A DNA stretch of 64,000 nt from Bigelowiella natans CCMP2755. Its lineage: Eukaryota > Protista > Cercozoa. This document shows positions 33,992 to 46,206 of this stretch, in pieces. Location: positions 9,242 through 73,241 of the forward strand of contig ADNK01000693.1 of NCBI GenBank assembly GCA_000320545.1, written 5' to 3'. Positions within the stretch are counted from its first letter, which is position 1; each line of letters opens with the position of its first letter. The translations under genes were made by a program, and so were the position numbers. A model generated the notes under the pieces. That model had not been told where the DNA came from. It did no database searches and worked only from the letters and a program-made list of their open reading frames with translations.

Positions 33992-35300
33992 CACGGAAAA
34001 ACATATCCGACAAAATTAACTTTTTTTCGTAAGCTACCTGCAAGCATTGTTTTGCCTGTTCCCGGAGGTCCTTCAACGTAGACATGCTCTCTCGCTAGCA
34101 ATGCGAGTAACACCGCTTCCTTCACGACAGAATGCCCAACCACGCATTTGTTTAATGATTTCTATGTGAATAACATGTACGAACGCCTTAGATTGCGCAC
34201 AAACTACTCTATTTGCCAATCTTCATTAATCCGATTGACGACAAGAAGAAAGACAGAAAGGGACATTGTGCGGCTACCCAAGGAGAACGAAAATAACAAT
34301 CAAAGGCAAAGTCTCATTTGCTAATCTCATTAAATCATAATCACAATTCTTGATCTTTACCGTATAGTCGTTACGATAATGAACAACAATCACATTTGGA
34401 ACCTCCTCGAGTTTCTTACATATTTCTTTTGATTGATTGACACCTTAACTTCTTTCAGCCCAGCGAATATTTCTTTCTCCTTTGACTTAAGCTTAAGAGT
34501 GAGTGTTGGCCGTTTCTGATTTTGTCTCCTGATGAGGAGGATGGATTTGTTGTAAAACATTCCAGATAAGTCAGCTGAACATGACAGACTAATCTCCGAA
34601 GAAGGGCCTCGCTCTCTCCCTATTTCCCCAAAATCAAATATTTTAATTTCGAATAATGAAGCAGCGTAGTTCAATGACACTAATGCTGCATATTGTCTAA
34701 CTAACTACAACATCTCATCATCATCATATTCTCATTGTGTCATCACCATCATCATCATACATGTTGCTGCCCAATGAATGTGAGTAACCAACTGTCAACG
34801 TAGTGCAATATCGTAGTACCTCTTCGAGTGATTTCTGATCAGTATTAAATGTGGTGATGGTGATGGCACTCGGGAATAGCGCCGCAACCCTGAATTTGTT
34901 GCATGTATATTTAGCAAGCCAAGTTGAAACACTGCACCAAATGATGAACAACAACACTACTCACATGGCAACCGATGAACAGCCAGCATTATCCTTCTCC
35001 TATTACGCAATAAACAAACACAAATGCAATAATGGCCGAGGTACAAGAAGAACAATAGATGTTTACTGCAAAACATCCGCATATTGAGTCGTGTGGTGGA
35101 GTATATTAGTCGCTGGGACATTATGTGGTAAATAAACGATTCGGATGATGACACCAAAGTTTCCCCCCTCAAAACCTAATCTCCACAAAGCATGAACATG
35201 TCACCTTTAAAGCACTTGATATGATCGATGCAACAGACGAATCAGAGTTGCTGCCCTCCTATCGTTATTCCGAAGCAGAGCAGTAGAAGCAAAACAGTTA
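24537..35300 (-). CDS. MoxR/RavA-type AAA+ ATPase fused to a C-terminal VWA (MIDAS) domain; many exons, both ends approximate
   Basis: AAA part: VVGHSVVKEAVLLALLAREHVYVEGPPGTGKT (about 34160-34045), QFHRDTRLSELIG, CVLDDISRAPG|EALNILLRLLNER, IATGNP...EPLDPANLDRF, LSDRTMLVK, KAHALLNGRMHVTPEDL. VWA part: ILRDISGSMNG (about 26860-26835), DGYTNYQDPL, ILFLTDGLPN, VAVHTVFIG. Confidence 0.8.
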
Positions 35301-35599
35301 TGTGTTGGATGGATGGACTCGGCAGCAGGGTGGTAGATAGGTAGCTACCACTTACTTACTAGCTGGTGTTTTGGTCAGTGTTGTCTGTCTGGTGCTCTCA
35401 ATATCTCCTCCTCCTCCTCCTCCTCTGATGACGATGATGATGATCAGGGCACGTCGACGTATGTACGAGATGTCTCGGAGATGACGGTATTATTAATGGT
35501 TATTGATGAATGAAGAAACGCCCTACATTTTCTAATAAATATAACATATTTTTGGCATTATGACTAATATTTCGGTTGTTGCTACTGCACGTGTAGATC

Positions 35600-37100
35600 T
35601 ACATCTTAATGATCTACATGAACACAGAATGGCGCTCGAATGCGGCTACAAGAGCGTGCTTCACATGCCCCTCCCGGAGATCGGGGTTCGTTCACAGGGA
35701 TGGTACAAAGTTCGAAGTGGCAGGCCGATTTTGAATAATGTGTAAACTCGGACATTGAAACCTGCATCATGGAGGCTAAGCTTTTCGTTGACACTTGGTT
35801 CTGCGCGTCATGTCGGAAGAGACGTCTCACTTCTGTACTACAGATGTTGAGCGCTTGCTGAAAGAATCGACCGAGATAATCTTACAACATCCACAGAAAG
35901 AGGAATATTTTAAAATTTTGCCGAAGGTCTCTGGACGAGCAAATCAAAAGCTCCAAAAAGAAAGAAGGCACCGTGCAAGAAAAGGTCCAGGAAAGAACTG
36001 TTCACATTAGCAAAGATTGTCGGTTTCAGGTTGAGACTTTCGTCAAAAGTCATGGGTAGGGGTGCTGAAGTCATTGTCCATTGCTTTTCTTCAGATATTC
36101 CTCAAACTCTCGGGGGGCAGTGAACCCTCAGCTTGTTTCTTCAATCTGTTCCTGAGATTCTAGCGAATTGCGCGTGAGTCCAGACGATGGTGATGCGATG
36201 CAGAGAAAGAGCTACACCGACATCCATCGACATCGCCGTGCCCACAGTCTGCGTGGATGCCGTTGGCATGATCGAAGGGCTGATGCTTTCTGTCCTTCCC
36301 CGGGAAAAGCGCAGAACCACAATGTGCTTGCATGTCAAGGCATCACACAAGCGCCATGCTCGTTGGACACGCATGCAGCATGCTGATGACTAGTGAGCCG
36401 AAAATCTGAGCAGCAAAGCGGCTTCGCAATGGATGCTGCTGTGCACGTTGCACGTGTGGGCAAACAAAAACAAACAAATGATGGAGCTTGGGCACAGCGG
36501 CGACCTTCTTTTGCGTGGCGCAGCTGGAGTTTTGCATGCGATTTCACATTGCAAGGCGTCACGCGTGTGAGCAGTGTTCGGCGAGCAATTGCGCAATGTC
36601 CACCTTCAATCAACAATGCAGACGAATTGACAAGTTTGATTTTGAAGATTCAACCTGCACCATCACTTTCTTCAAACAATCTAGCAATGAACGTGTCTGT
36701 CATGGCGTGTTCGGTGCAGTGCAATCAACAACGTTTCCACCACGAGGAAACATTGTGACCGATGTCATTGCTATTCCAAAATTGTTCAAAGCCAATCCAC
36801 TTGCTAGCTTGATGAATCTGTGCAAATTTTTCCGTTTCATTCAGAATCATCAATGGACACTGCAGCCTTTGCGACACCACTAGACCATGCTAGCATGCAC
36901 AAGAATGAACAGCTTTTGGTGATTTTCATTTGCTCATGACACAATGTACTTAGCAGAGGCAAGATCTCGAAGATGAAGATCACATGGTTTGGCGCATGGC
37001 ACAGTGGACGCATCGTACATGTCTAGGTGTTACGCAATTGCGTACAGCAATTTCATCATGTGACATGTACATGTGTCTTTAATTTATCAAAAAGCCCAGT
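35600..37100. pseudogene. Decayed coding-like insertion (possible transposon or viral relic), identity unknown
   Basis: No microsatellites or clear introns. Broken protein-like frames on both strands. Strong TG/CA enrichment at about 36330-37080, with TGA codons interrupting an otherwise open minus-strand frame. Confidence 0.3.
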
Positions 37101-37179
37101 GTCCAAGCAATTCAGAATCATTCAGAGCTTAGCTACATTCATGAAGCAGGATCAACCTTGGATTTTTTAGTACAACAAT

Positions 37180-37664
37180 ACTCAATCTTCTGATCGCACC
37201 AGCACGTTCATAATATTCTCATACCTTCAAAAATACTAAGCACATATCTTTCTTATATTTTCTGGGTACGATAGGTTGTTCCGAAGGGGAGAGAGTAAGG
37301 ACTTGTCTTCACCCATAAACCATCGAATATCATTAGCTTTGCTTTCGTTCCTTTAGATTTATCCGATTTCGCAATGCTAACAAGATATGCAACTTGATCA
37401 GGGATCTCATATTTGAACCCCCAGCTTGACCCCACATCGTGAGGTGCTTAAGTTTATGATAAAACATTTGAAAATAATGACTCCAGTGGTACCACCTATT
37501 GCTGCTGAGAGTGAAAGTCCCCATGCCATAAGCACAACAATCGCTGCACTGGTGATCTTGTACTCCGAACCTTTCCTAGTGATAGTCATAGGATGCTTTG
37601 GAAAAATTATAAATTTTCTTGATGACACAGAATAAGGAGTGATCTGCACACACACTAACGCACA

Positions 37665-37738
<74 letters not shown>

Positions 37739-37861
37739 TGATCATTCGCAATACTTTGGACCAGTGTTGTTGAAAGTAACTTTCTCCTGTTGTGCAAACA
37801 CAGCCGTCATCACTTACAAATGTTGAAGAGATGTGGATTAGTGAGACAATATATTTGAAAA

Positions 37862-37898
<37 letters not shown>

Positions 37899-39539
37899 CA
37901 TAATATATAGTAAATATTCGATACGATTTATTGTGTTTTGTGAATTTTTACTATCAATTCTAAAGCTCGTAATCGTGTGGTATTTAGGGTCGCCTCAGGC
38001 TTTCATCTAAGCTAGGCTAAAAGTAATCTTAATCTCGATATTTTCTTCTCTCACCAAAATGCCCATGGCTATCGTAGTGAAGGCGAAAGCAAGCGTCGCA
38101 ATCCCCAAGAAACGGTGCAAAAGCAGAAGAAGTTTGCGGCCTATAGAAGATGCATGAGTATAAATGGGTCAGTGGGATACTTCTCGTAATATTTAAACAT
38201 ACTCTGATGAGAGATATAGCTTTCGGGCATCAAAAATGCTAGGCCTCCAAGGTACTCAATTCCGTAGAGAGCAATAGTAGCTATTCCAAACCTATCGTGG
38301 AAGCAAAGACGAATAAAGATAACAGAATTTATTAAAGAACACATTATGCTGCTTTTCAAAACTACATAAATTATTACCAGCTATGAGACGAGTACATGTT
38401 TACAATGTCATTCTCGTTATGGAACTTGAACACTGCATACAAACCAACCTGATGCGTGTTATATAAGCATATTCATGATGTCATACAGTTGGCTCTATGT
38501 GGGAGAAAGACGATTTAACACTCACCGAAGCAATTCAAATAAGGTGCAGTTACATACTATCGCCATCATGCGTCACTATGCAGCACAATCCATAATTTTT
38601 GCTCGTTAGCAGAACTGATAGCTGACTCACCGCTGAAAATATCCATGCAGACGTGTGCCAGAAAAGATGCAGCATTTTATTCACAAGTTTTGGTAGTGGC
38701 AAAGCATATGAAAGAACAGCTTGGGTCGCGCAAAAACTAATCGATTTACAATTATCATCAATAATTTGGTTGAGAAATGGTAATGATTTTGATGCTACTG
38801 ACGGTGCTGATGATGACAATGATGATGAAAACGAACAGTGATGCCCATGGAAACAAGGGATAAGAAAATAGATGGCATGAAGTCGCTAAACACAATCTCC
38901 GCTTATGTCCATTCTTAAACGCGCAGTAGCATGATTATTTTCAACGGTGGAAGCTTATTATTTGCAGCACCAAAATCCAGTTGTCATAAGCACTGGATGC
39001 CAGTTAAAAACCTGATAGTTGAAGAAGAGAAAGAATGACACAAACAGTTAAAAACCTGATAGTTGAAGGAAAGACAGAATGGCACAAACACATTGCACGG
39101 CTTTAACACACACATGCTAGAAAGATATTAACGATAGATATTAAGGTCAACCTTAGGTGATTTATTCTCCCAGTTAAACCCTTGTTTTTGGGAGTCTTCT
39201 GCGTTGTAGCTCATCATCCATGCGAATATTAGTACCACGAGCAGTGTTGCGGTAACATGTGCGACGAGCAAAGACGGAAAGTACATATTCCCAAAATCAC
39301 CCTAACATTTATTGCCATTTTTGTCGATATTAATGGAATAGCCGACGAGATAGAAAGAAACCGTTGGTGAGGCACCTTTGCATCTGATAGCTTCTGCTCT
39401 TCGTCCGTAAGCAATCTACAAAATCCAGTTAAAATATTGAAGGTTGTTCCGAAATGTTACACTTCATGAACGGATGATACGCATACCCCTTCTGCTCTTC
39501 TACATCTTGAGCGCACTCATCATGCCCAGACTCTAACAT
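37180..39539 (-). CDS. Cytochrome b561 (trans-membrane ascorbate/ferric reductase family), multi-exon, with extra C-terminal exons
   Basis: Spliced peptides LLVVLIFAWMMSY...GFNWENKSPK|VFNWHPVLMTTG (b561 FNWHP motif, about 39010-38975), KMLHLFWH, FGIATIALYGIEYLGGLAFL, LLLHRFLGIATLAFAFTTIAMGI. Candidate start MLESGHDE at 39539; 3' end approximate. Confidence 0.8.
39001..39088. repeat. 44-bp imperfect tandem duplication spanning a splice acceptor
   Basis: cagttaaaaacctgatagttgaag...acaaa occurs twice in tandem with a few mismatches. Confidence 0.9.
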
Positions 39540-39962
39540 TTTTCTGTGTCGAAATCTGGGACAGTGGAGATGCAAGTACACATGTGCTGGAGCCTAACAA
39601 CGATTTCGCCCCTCTCTCCACTCCTTCCTTTTTCTTCTTCTTCTTCTTCTTCTGTTTGCGACTTAAAATATTTTCTTGTCGTACATCATAGTTACCACCT
39701 ATTTTATCATTTTCCAGACCTGGACTACCTTCTTAATACTACAAAAAGTATTTTTTCCTAGTTTCCTACAATTTAATTTATCTTACAAATGTGATCTTCT
39801 ACATTTTTTCACGACTTAGAAATTTGGTGTAACGAGTGTTGTGTCTCAACTGGTAGATGTTTTTGGTTGGCAGATTGTTGTTGTTGTTTGTTGCTGTTAG
39901 TTAGTTAGTTCCTGTTGTTGTTGCGACTTGAGAATGACCAATACTAAGATACTACTAGCTAA

Positions 39963-39963
39963 A

Positions 39964-39994
<31 letters not shown>

Positions 39995-41487
39995 ATTGTT
40001 GCCGGCCACAGCTCCTCAGCAATGGCGATCATTTTTTTCATCTGAGCAGATACCTTCCCCTCCTCAATTTTCAGTCCCTCGGAAACATTATGACCCCATG
40101 CCAAAGCAATATTGGCCCAATGCTGTTCTATGCCGATTGCAAATTGGAACTCTCTTTCTCTTCGTCTTCTCCATCGGCACTTTTTCACAGAAGCCAGGTC
40201 TAAATTTCCCCCACCGTCATTCACGCCTCCCTGATTGAATGTGTTGCAGCTCGAAGGAGATATGTTCTGAGCTGTACCCGATTCGAGATATTGAAGAAAT
40301 ATGATACAGATGGTCCACCTAAGGGGACGCCAGCAGCATTTGAAGCAGTATTGTTCCCGAAGGAAAGCAACTTAAACGAGATTAAAAACCATACCCGAAA
40401 CAATTTTTCTCTCCTTCAGAAATGCATGAAAACACGCATCCGTGGTGGCTCAAGTATCTGTCAAAGTTTCCAATCTAGACAAAGCCTTAATATCAGCAAA
40501 TTTGCTGCAAAAAAGGAACTCCATCGGTGTGAAGAAGAGATAAGGAGATTACGTTCGCTTGGCGTGCAGCCAACTACAAAGGCGTTCTCCGATACAATTG
40601 TTGCATTCATAGAAGATGGCCGTACATCTCGGGCTGAACATTGGTACAGTGAAATGTCTATGGAAGGCTTAGATCTCCCTGTGAGTGTCTTTGCTCACAT
40701 CCTTGAAATTTTAGCAAAAAATCCAACAAAAGATCTTGAAGCTACTGAAAGGTGGGTGTACCGAACAGTGAGGAGGAATTACAGCTTCGAACCTGGCATT
40801 TTAGTATCTTTGAGCAATGCACGAATGAAATTAGGAAGCTTTCGTCAAGCTGAGACTTTTCTATCAATGGCCATTGATCGCAACAGCAACGTCACTGCAA
40901 AGCATATCAACGATCTTGTTATCTCTTGTGCTAGGGGTGGCAGTTTCGCAAGAGTGGAAAAATGGAGGAATAAATTACGAGAAGAATATATGACGGATCT
41001 TAAACCAATGTCTTTTCTAATAATCATCTGGGCTGCTGCCGAAAAGGAGGTGAAAGAAGACAAAATAATGGCATGGATGCGGATTCTCTTCGAAACATAC
41101 AGTAACCACCCAGATCTTGATAGCGAGCAAGGCCGTGAAACCATCCAAATTGTCGCGAAAAGACTAGGGGATATAGGGAAATGGCAAGAAGCCCGAACAC
41201 TTCTGTACAACGCGGTAGAGGCTGGGATAACTCCAAATGCTGATGCTTGTAGCTATGTTGTCAGGGCTCTTGTGGATGCTGAGGAAATTGACCTGGCGGA
41301 TGAACTCCTCGAAAGAATGATTGAAGCTAGGATGCTTCCAAATACAATTGCGTTCACCTCATATATCAATCACTGTGTACGAAGCAATTCCACTCAAAAA
41401 GCGGAGCATTGGTTGCAGCGTTGTGGTGCTATGAACGCGAAATGGGCAGAAATCTTTCGACGGGTCCCGACGGAGCACTTAGGATAA
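39963..41487 (+). CDS. Pentatricopeptide-repeat (PPR) protein with a predicted N-terminal targeting leader; one intron at about 40198-40249
   Basis: PPR motifs GVQPTTKAFSDTIVAF, GITPNADACSYVVRAL, RMLPNTIAFTSYINHC. The upstream ORF at 39963 splices in frame (CCAG|gt...ttgcag|CTCGA) to the 40291-41487 ORF. An ATG near 40098 is an alternative start. Confidence 0.8.
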
Positions 41488-42630
41488 TTCGAAGTAATAT
41501 TCGCTTACTTACAGACTAATGATAAATATAAGGCAGGAGAAACGACAAAGGTATGAAGTTGATATTAGTTTATCTGCTTCGAGTGTTGTGTGACTACTGA
41601 GTTCCCAGGTATATGTTGATACGGCAACACATGAACATCATTACACGTGCTGTGGGGTGCGTATTTAGATTGGTGTAGGACAAGGTATGATATAGAGTAT
41701 GTATCATCGATCACAGATGTACGAAATAATGCCGGGATGTTTGTGGGCTAGCCATAGTTATCATCATGTTATTGTCAATATGTTTCTATTACTAACAGTC
41801 GATGCTTGCTTGCTAGCTAAAATACTTGCCAAATGCTATGATATTAGTCTCCCAAATAAACCAGGGTATTATAATACGACGGTGTAGTGCTGGCGCCTGT
41901 AAATATATAGAGCAGCATAATACCACGCGGCGCATAAACAACTTTGCTTACATGAGCGGCGTATCGGAGTCGTACGATAATGCTGCTACGCACACATGTC
42001 GTTATGCGTATCTGCATTTATCCACATTTTAGCCATAGTCGAGACGTAGGCTTTATTATTTGCGAGTGAACGAGCGAAATGAGTAAACCTTATAAGAAAC
42101 ATAACTATGTAGCTGTGTATTATGTACGCATGGACAGCAGTGCACGAAAGAAGCATACTGCTTAGTACATAGCCTCAGCGCGCAAAGCACGACGTACATG
42201 ATAGACCAAATTGCAATGCTTTATTTCTCATCATGCATGCAATATGTGACAAAGGAAACATATATATATAAACAAACAGATACAACTTAAGCGCTGTATC
42301 GTAGCCGCTGGATTGCACAGCTACATTAAGATGACAATTAATTGAAAAAATTTAAACATTTCATTACATCCGTCTTATAGCCTCAGCGCACAAGACTAGC
42401 AGAGATTACTTCATATAGTAAACGACGACACAGCAATGCTTGCGCTGTGTGCATGCACGCTGATGTAGTTCATGTACATGTCATATATAATACGCGCGCA
42501 CAATCTATCTTCGTCAAATGATAGATCTGCACAGCATCACAATAAGGTACGTTTCCAGATGTTTTAGCTTTCGCCTTGTGTTCGCAATGAAATTGCGTAA
42601 TGATTTTAGTAAAACGGATTGGCTTCAGCC

Positions 42631-43885
42631 TCACAGCATGCCTTCTGTCTCTAAAGATTGTGGAATCTGAGCCGTTCCTACATTCATAAACTCATGACGC
42701 AGCGATGCCAAATGTTGTGAGCGTTGAAATTGTCGTAACCTACGGGTGACCTCCAGATGCTCTCCCAGGAGGGAAAGAGGTCGGCCGTGAGCATTTGCCA
42801 TATGATTTTCATATGTTTTCTGGCATGATTTCAGGTCCAAATTCTGATAAGCCATCAAAAATGCGGTGGGTGGGGCAATTGAGAAAAGATCACCGATCTC
42901 ATTCCCACCAAATACCAGAACCGACTCATCTTTATGAATGGCTTCGTGTATGAATCTAGCAGCACTCACAATCTCGGAGGCGAATGCGTCACCTGTTTGG
43001 TTGAGATTTAACTCCAAGATACTGATGCCCCTGGCTTCTAATTCAAGCCTTGCCGGGGTGGGTATTGTAGCATTAGCGGTATTAATAATGTGAGTGATCC
43101 CTAGCTGAGAAATTTTCTCTGGGTCGCTCACTTGACGTAGGTTTCCAAGCCAGACCTTTCCACTACTTTCGTCAGTAGAAGTAGAGGTGGTTGGGGTAAG
43201 TGGTAATGGTACAAGGTTTGAGTCTCTGGATCCCCTGCCATTGATTTTGTTATATGGTCTCGAAAAGGACTCACGTAAATTTTGAAGAGCAAGCATACGA
43301 ATATTCGGCTTTGGCAAAGACGATGACTTAATGCGTGGTTGTTCGAAATTTTGTATATCCCTAAGAGCTGCTGCTGCATCCTGTTCATGCCATGATTTCA
43401 ATGTTCTTTTCTGCTTCTTAAAGAAGCAATTATATTTTCTTTCTTGCTCAATGATCCAGTCTTTCAGACAATCAGGCCTCTTATCGTGTTTGAAAACAGA
43501 TTTGCCACACCTTAAACATGGGTAGAGCTTATGTCCCCAAATGAACTCTTTCTTTCCCTTTTTATCCTTTCGCACGACAGGGGGTCTTAGTGCGTAATTG
43601 TCGCAAGCCTTAGGCTCTTGCCAAATCATTCTGCCTTGCATAATCCTTACTCCATAGCAGGTAGCTGCCATGGCACCCACCACACCTCCCCATATGTTGA
43701 AATATTCAAGTCTCATTTCATTGTGGTACGGTTCCCACTCGCGTATCCAAGGTGGAAGAAGCGCTATTGCGGTTATTACAAGGGGAATGTATCCCATGAT
43801 GATATCACTTAATAGGATGAAAGGGGTAGTAGTAGGCTCTCTATGAAAGAACCCCTCTTTGGTCCGCCATTCGAAAACTACTATC
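42631..43885 (-). CDS. Dual-specificity phosphatase-like protein lacking the HCX5R motif, with N-terminal hydrophobic segments
   Basis: DSP-fold motifs VWLGN, LGITHIINTA, AARFIHEA, ESVLVF, AFLM. The active-site position reads VLVFGGNEIG. The frame stays open upstream of ATG 43797 to about 43885. Confidence 0.7.
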
Positions 43886-44170
43886 TAAGATTAAAATTCC
43901 CATGTAATTATCCATAGCGACATGCGAATCATGTCGAAGATTTCAAAAAATACCACTCTGGCTGATTTAGCATGTCTTCGCCCAGAAAAGGCCTTTAAGT
44001 TTGCTGTTAGTTACAAAAGTATGTCGTATCATATAAAACACAATACATTTAGTGTATCTTTCTGAATTTTAATTGCCTGAATTAAGAACTAAACCCGAGT
44101 CGACTCGGCTTTAAAACCAATCGACGTGGACGCCATACTCTCTGGTCTCTGGTGGAGCAGTAGAATAATA

Positions 44171-45884
44171 ATGGCTGCCTCACGAATTTCCCTTATTCGT
44201 ATGCGTCTCGACCTAGCAATTGGCATGATAATACGAAGATGCAGTCGAGCACCAACAGCTTTAGTTCTACCTTTGGTTGCTTCGGGAGGTTACCTTGCAT
44301 GCGTTTACGGCCATGGGGCCTGTGCTAGTGAGCGGCAAGCTGCCTTTACATGCGAGATTTTGGGGAATTCTAACGCTCCCAAAAACCAGCCTATTGTCGG
44401 CCATCATCTTGCTTCTGTGTCGCATATAGATATTGGAAAGGGGAAAACGACAGTGGTAGATAGGGAGGGCTTGATGGTGAAAACGTGGAGAAACAACGGG
44501 ATCGACGACGCCGTGAAATTATTGAGAGTTCCGCCTGGAGAAGTCATCATACGCGTAATTCAAAATCATATGAAACAGCAAACAGAAATGCGCGAAGAAA
44601 CCTGCAAATATATTATTTCTTTCCTTCCTAAAATCGTTCCATGCTATTATCCTTGGTAGGCCGTCTCAAACCGTAATGGCGTCTATGGCCTTACAAGCTT
44701 AGGCCACCTTTTCCACTGGTCAAAGTACACTGGATGGAACCCAACACCCATTGCCATTGACCCTTCCGCAACGATGGCAATTGGCAGCAAGGCTAATATC
44801 AGCAGCTGTGGAAGAGGACAAGAAGGAAAGTTGCTTGATATAGCAGCTGGCGACGCGCATATTGTGTGCTTGTCTTCCGATGGTAGAGCCTACGCCTTAG
44901 GAGATAATACTTTTGGCCAATGCGGGAAACGGCAGTCGTCATCATCCTCAACGTCATCATCTTCCTTCTTCAAATCTAGCACCAGGTAAAAAGGGGGAGA
45001 AAGAGAAAAATAATCGATATAAGATTGACAGATTAAGTAAGATAGACGTTGGAGGATATTTTCAGGAAGCTAATTTCGCGATAACCTATATTATTGTGTA
45101 TACGAAGTAATGGTAGCTTATTTGGCGACGTAAATGAAGATACATCTCATTACTCATCCAGTACGGTGGGAATGGAGAAGAGGAGAAGCATTCGACAACA
45201 ACACGACGAACTTAATAATCTTCTACTTCTTCGCGAGATGCCTATTTGCGCAACAAGAGATGACAACGAAGGTCATATCACTACTTCCTCCTCGTTTTCG
45301 TACATAGAACCAAAGCTTCTTCTTCACCTTCCTAGGAGTCGCAGTTCGGTTTGTTAAGGTAGCTTGCGGAGCAGCACATACACTCTTAGTGAGCGAAGGT
45401 GGAGAGGTGTATGGCTGTGGCCTTGACCGATGGATGCAACTTGGTCATTCCGTAAATTGGCACAATGGATCCTCATTCCAGACGCGTTTACGAAGAATCA
45501 ATAACCTGCATGACTCATGCCTGTTACCAGGCGAGGAAGTAATACAAGTAGCATGCGGAGCAGATCACTCAATGTGCCTAACATCACATGGAAATGTCTA
45601 CACATGGGGTCTACATAAAAATGGACAACTGGGAAGAAGACTCCGAACAAAGTATGGAGAGCCAATGATAGTGAAGGGGTTGCCTCGAAAGGAGCAGCAG
45701 GGAACAAAGAGAGGAGGAGATTCAGAAAGGAGTGTGGTGATCCAAGAGGTCAGAACTCAACAACTGATTTATTGACGGGTTTTTCTATGCAAACCCCTCT
45801 TCCTCTACAAATCTTCTTGCCTTCTCACCGGCCTCCAATACACAAACACACACACACACACACATATGTAATCAATATCTATAA

Positions 45885-45931
<47 letters not shown>

Positions 45932-46206
45932 GTGTGTGTGTGTGCGTGTGTGTGTGTGTGTGTGTGTATTGTTCAATAATCATCTGTGCTTTATCATTGT
46001 AAAAAACGCTCTCCCTCTAGATTGCCAGTGGAAAGGAGCACTGTGTTGCACTTGATAGTAGGGGAGAGTTGTGGGGATGGGGCCGTAACAACTATGGACA
46101 ACTTGGCAGAGACAATGAGCGAATCGTGTGGCAACCTATGCGTATAGCAGCACCAGCAAAAAAAGGTCACAACCATTGTACACTGCTCATATCTCTTGTG
46201 GAATGA
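44171..46206 (+). CDS. RCC1-repeat (beta-propeller) protein with a basic presequence-like N-terminus
   Basis: RCC1 repeats: IAAGDAHIVCLSSDGRAYALGDNTFGQCG, VACGAAHTLLVSEGGEVYGCG..WMQLG, VACGADHSMCLTSHGNVYTWG..KNGQLG, IASGKEHCVALDSRGELWGWGRNNYGQLG. Confidence 0.88.

Noticed and set aside
24537-35300. Midasin, VWA8 or Mg-chelatase ChlD as the identity of the AAA-VWA gene
   Set aside because: Only one AAA module is visible, and its motifs (EHVYVEGPPGTGKT, LSELIG, LSDR) are RavA/MoxR-like. The ChlI/ChlD-type LYVDEVNLL motif is absent. A phylogeny is still needed.
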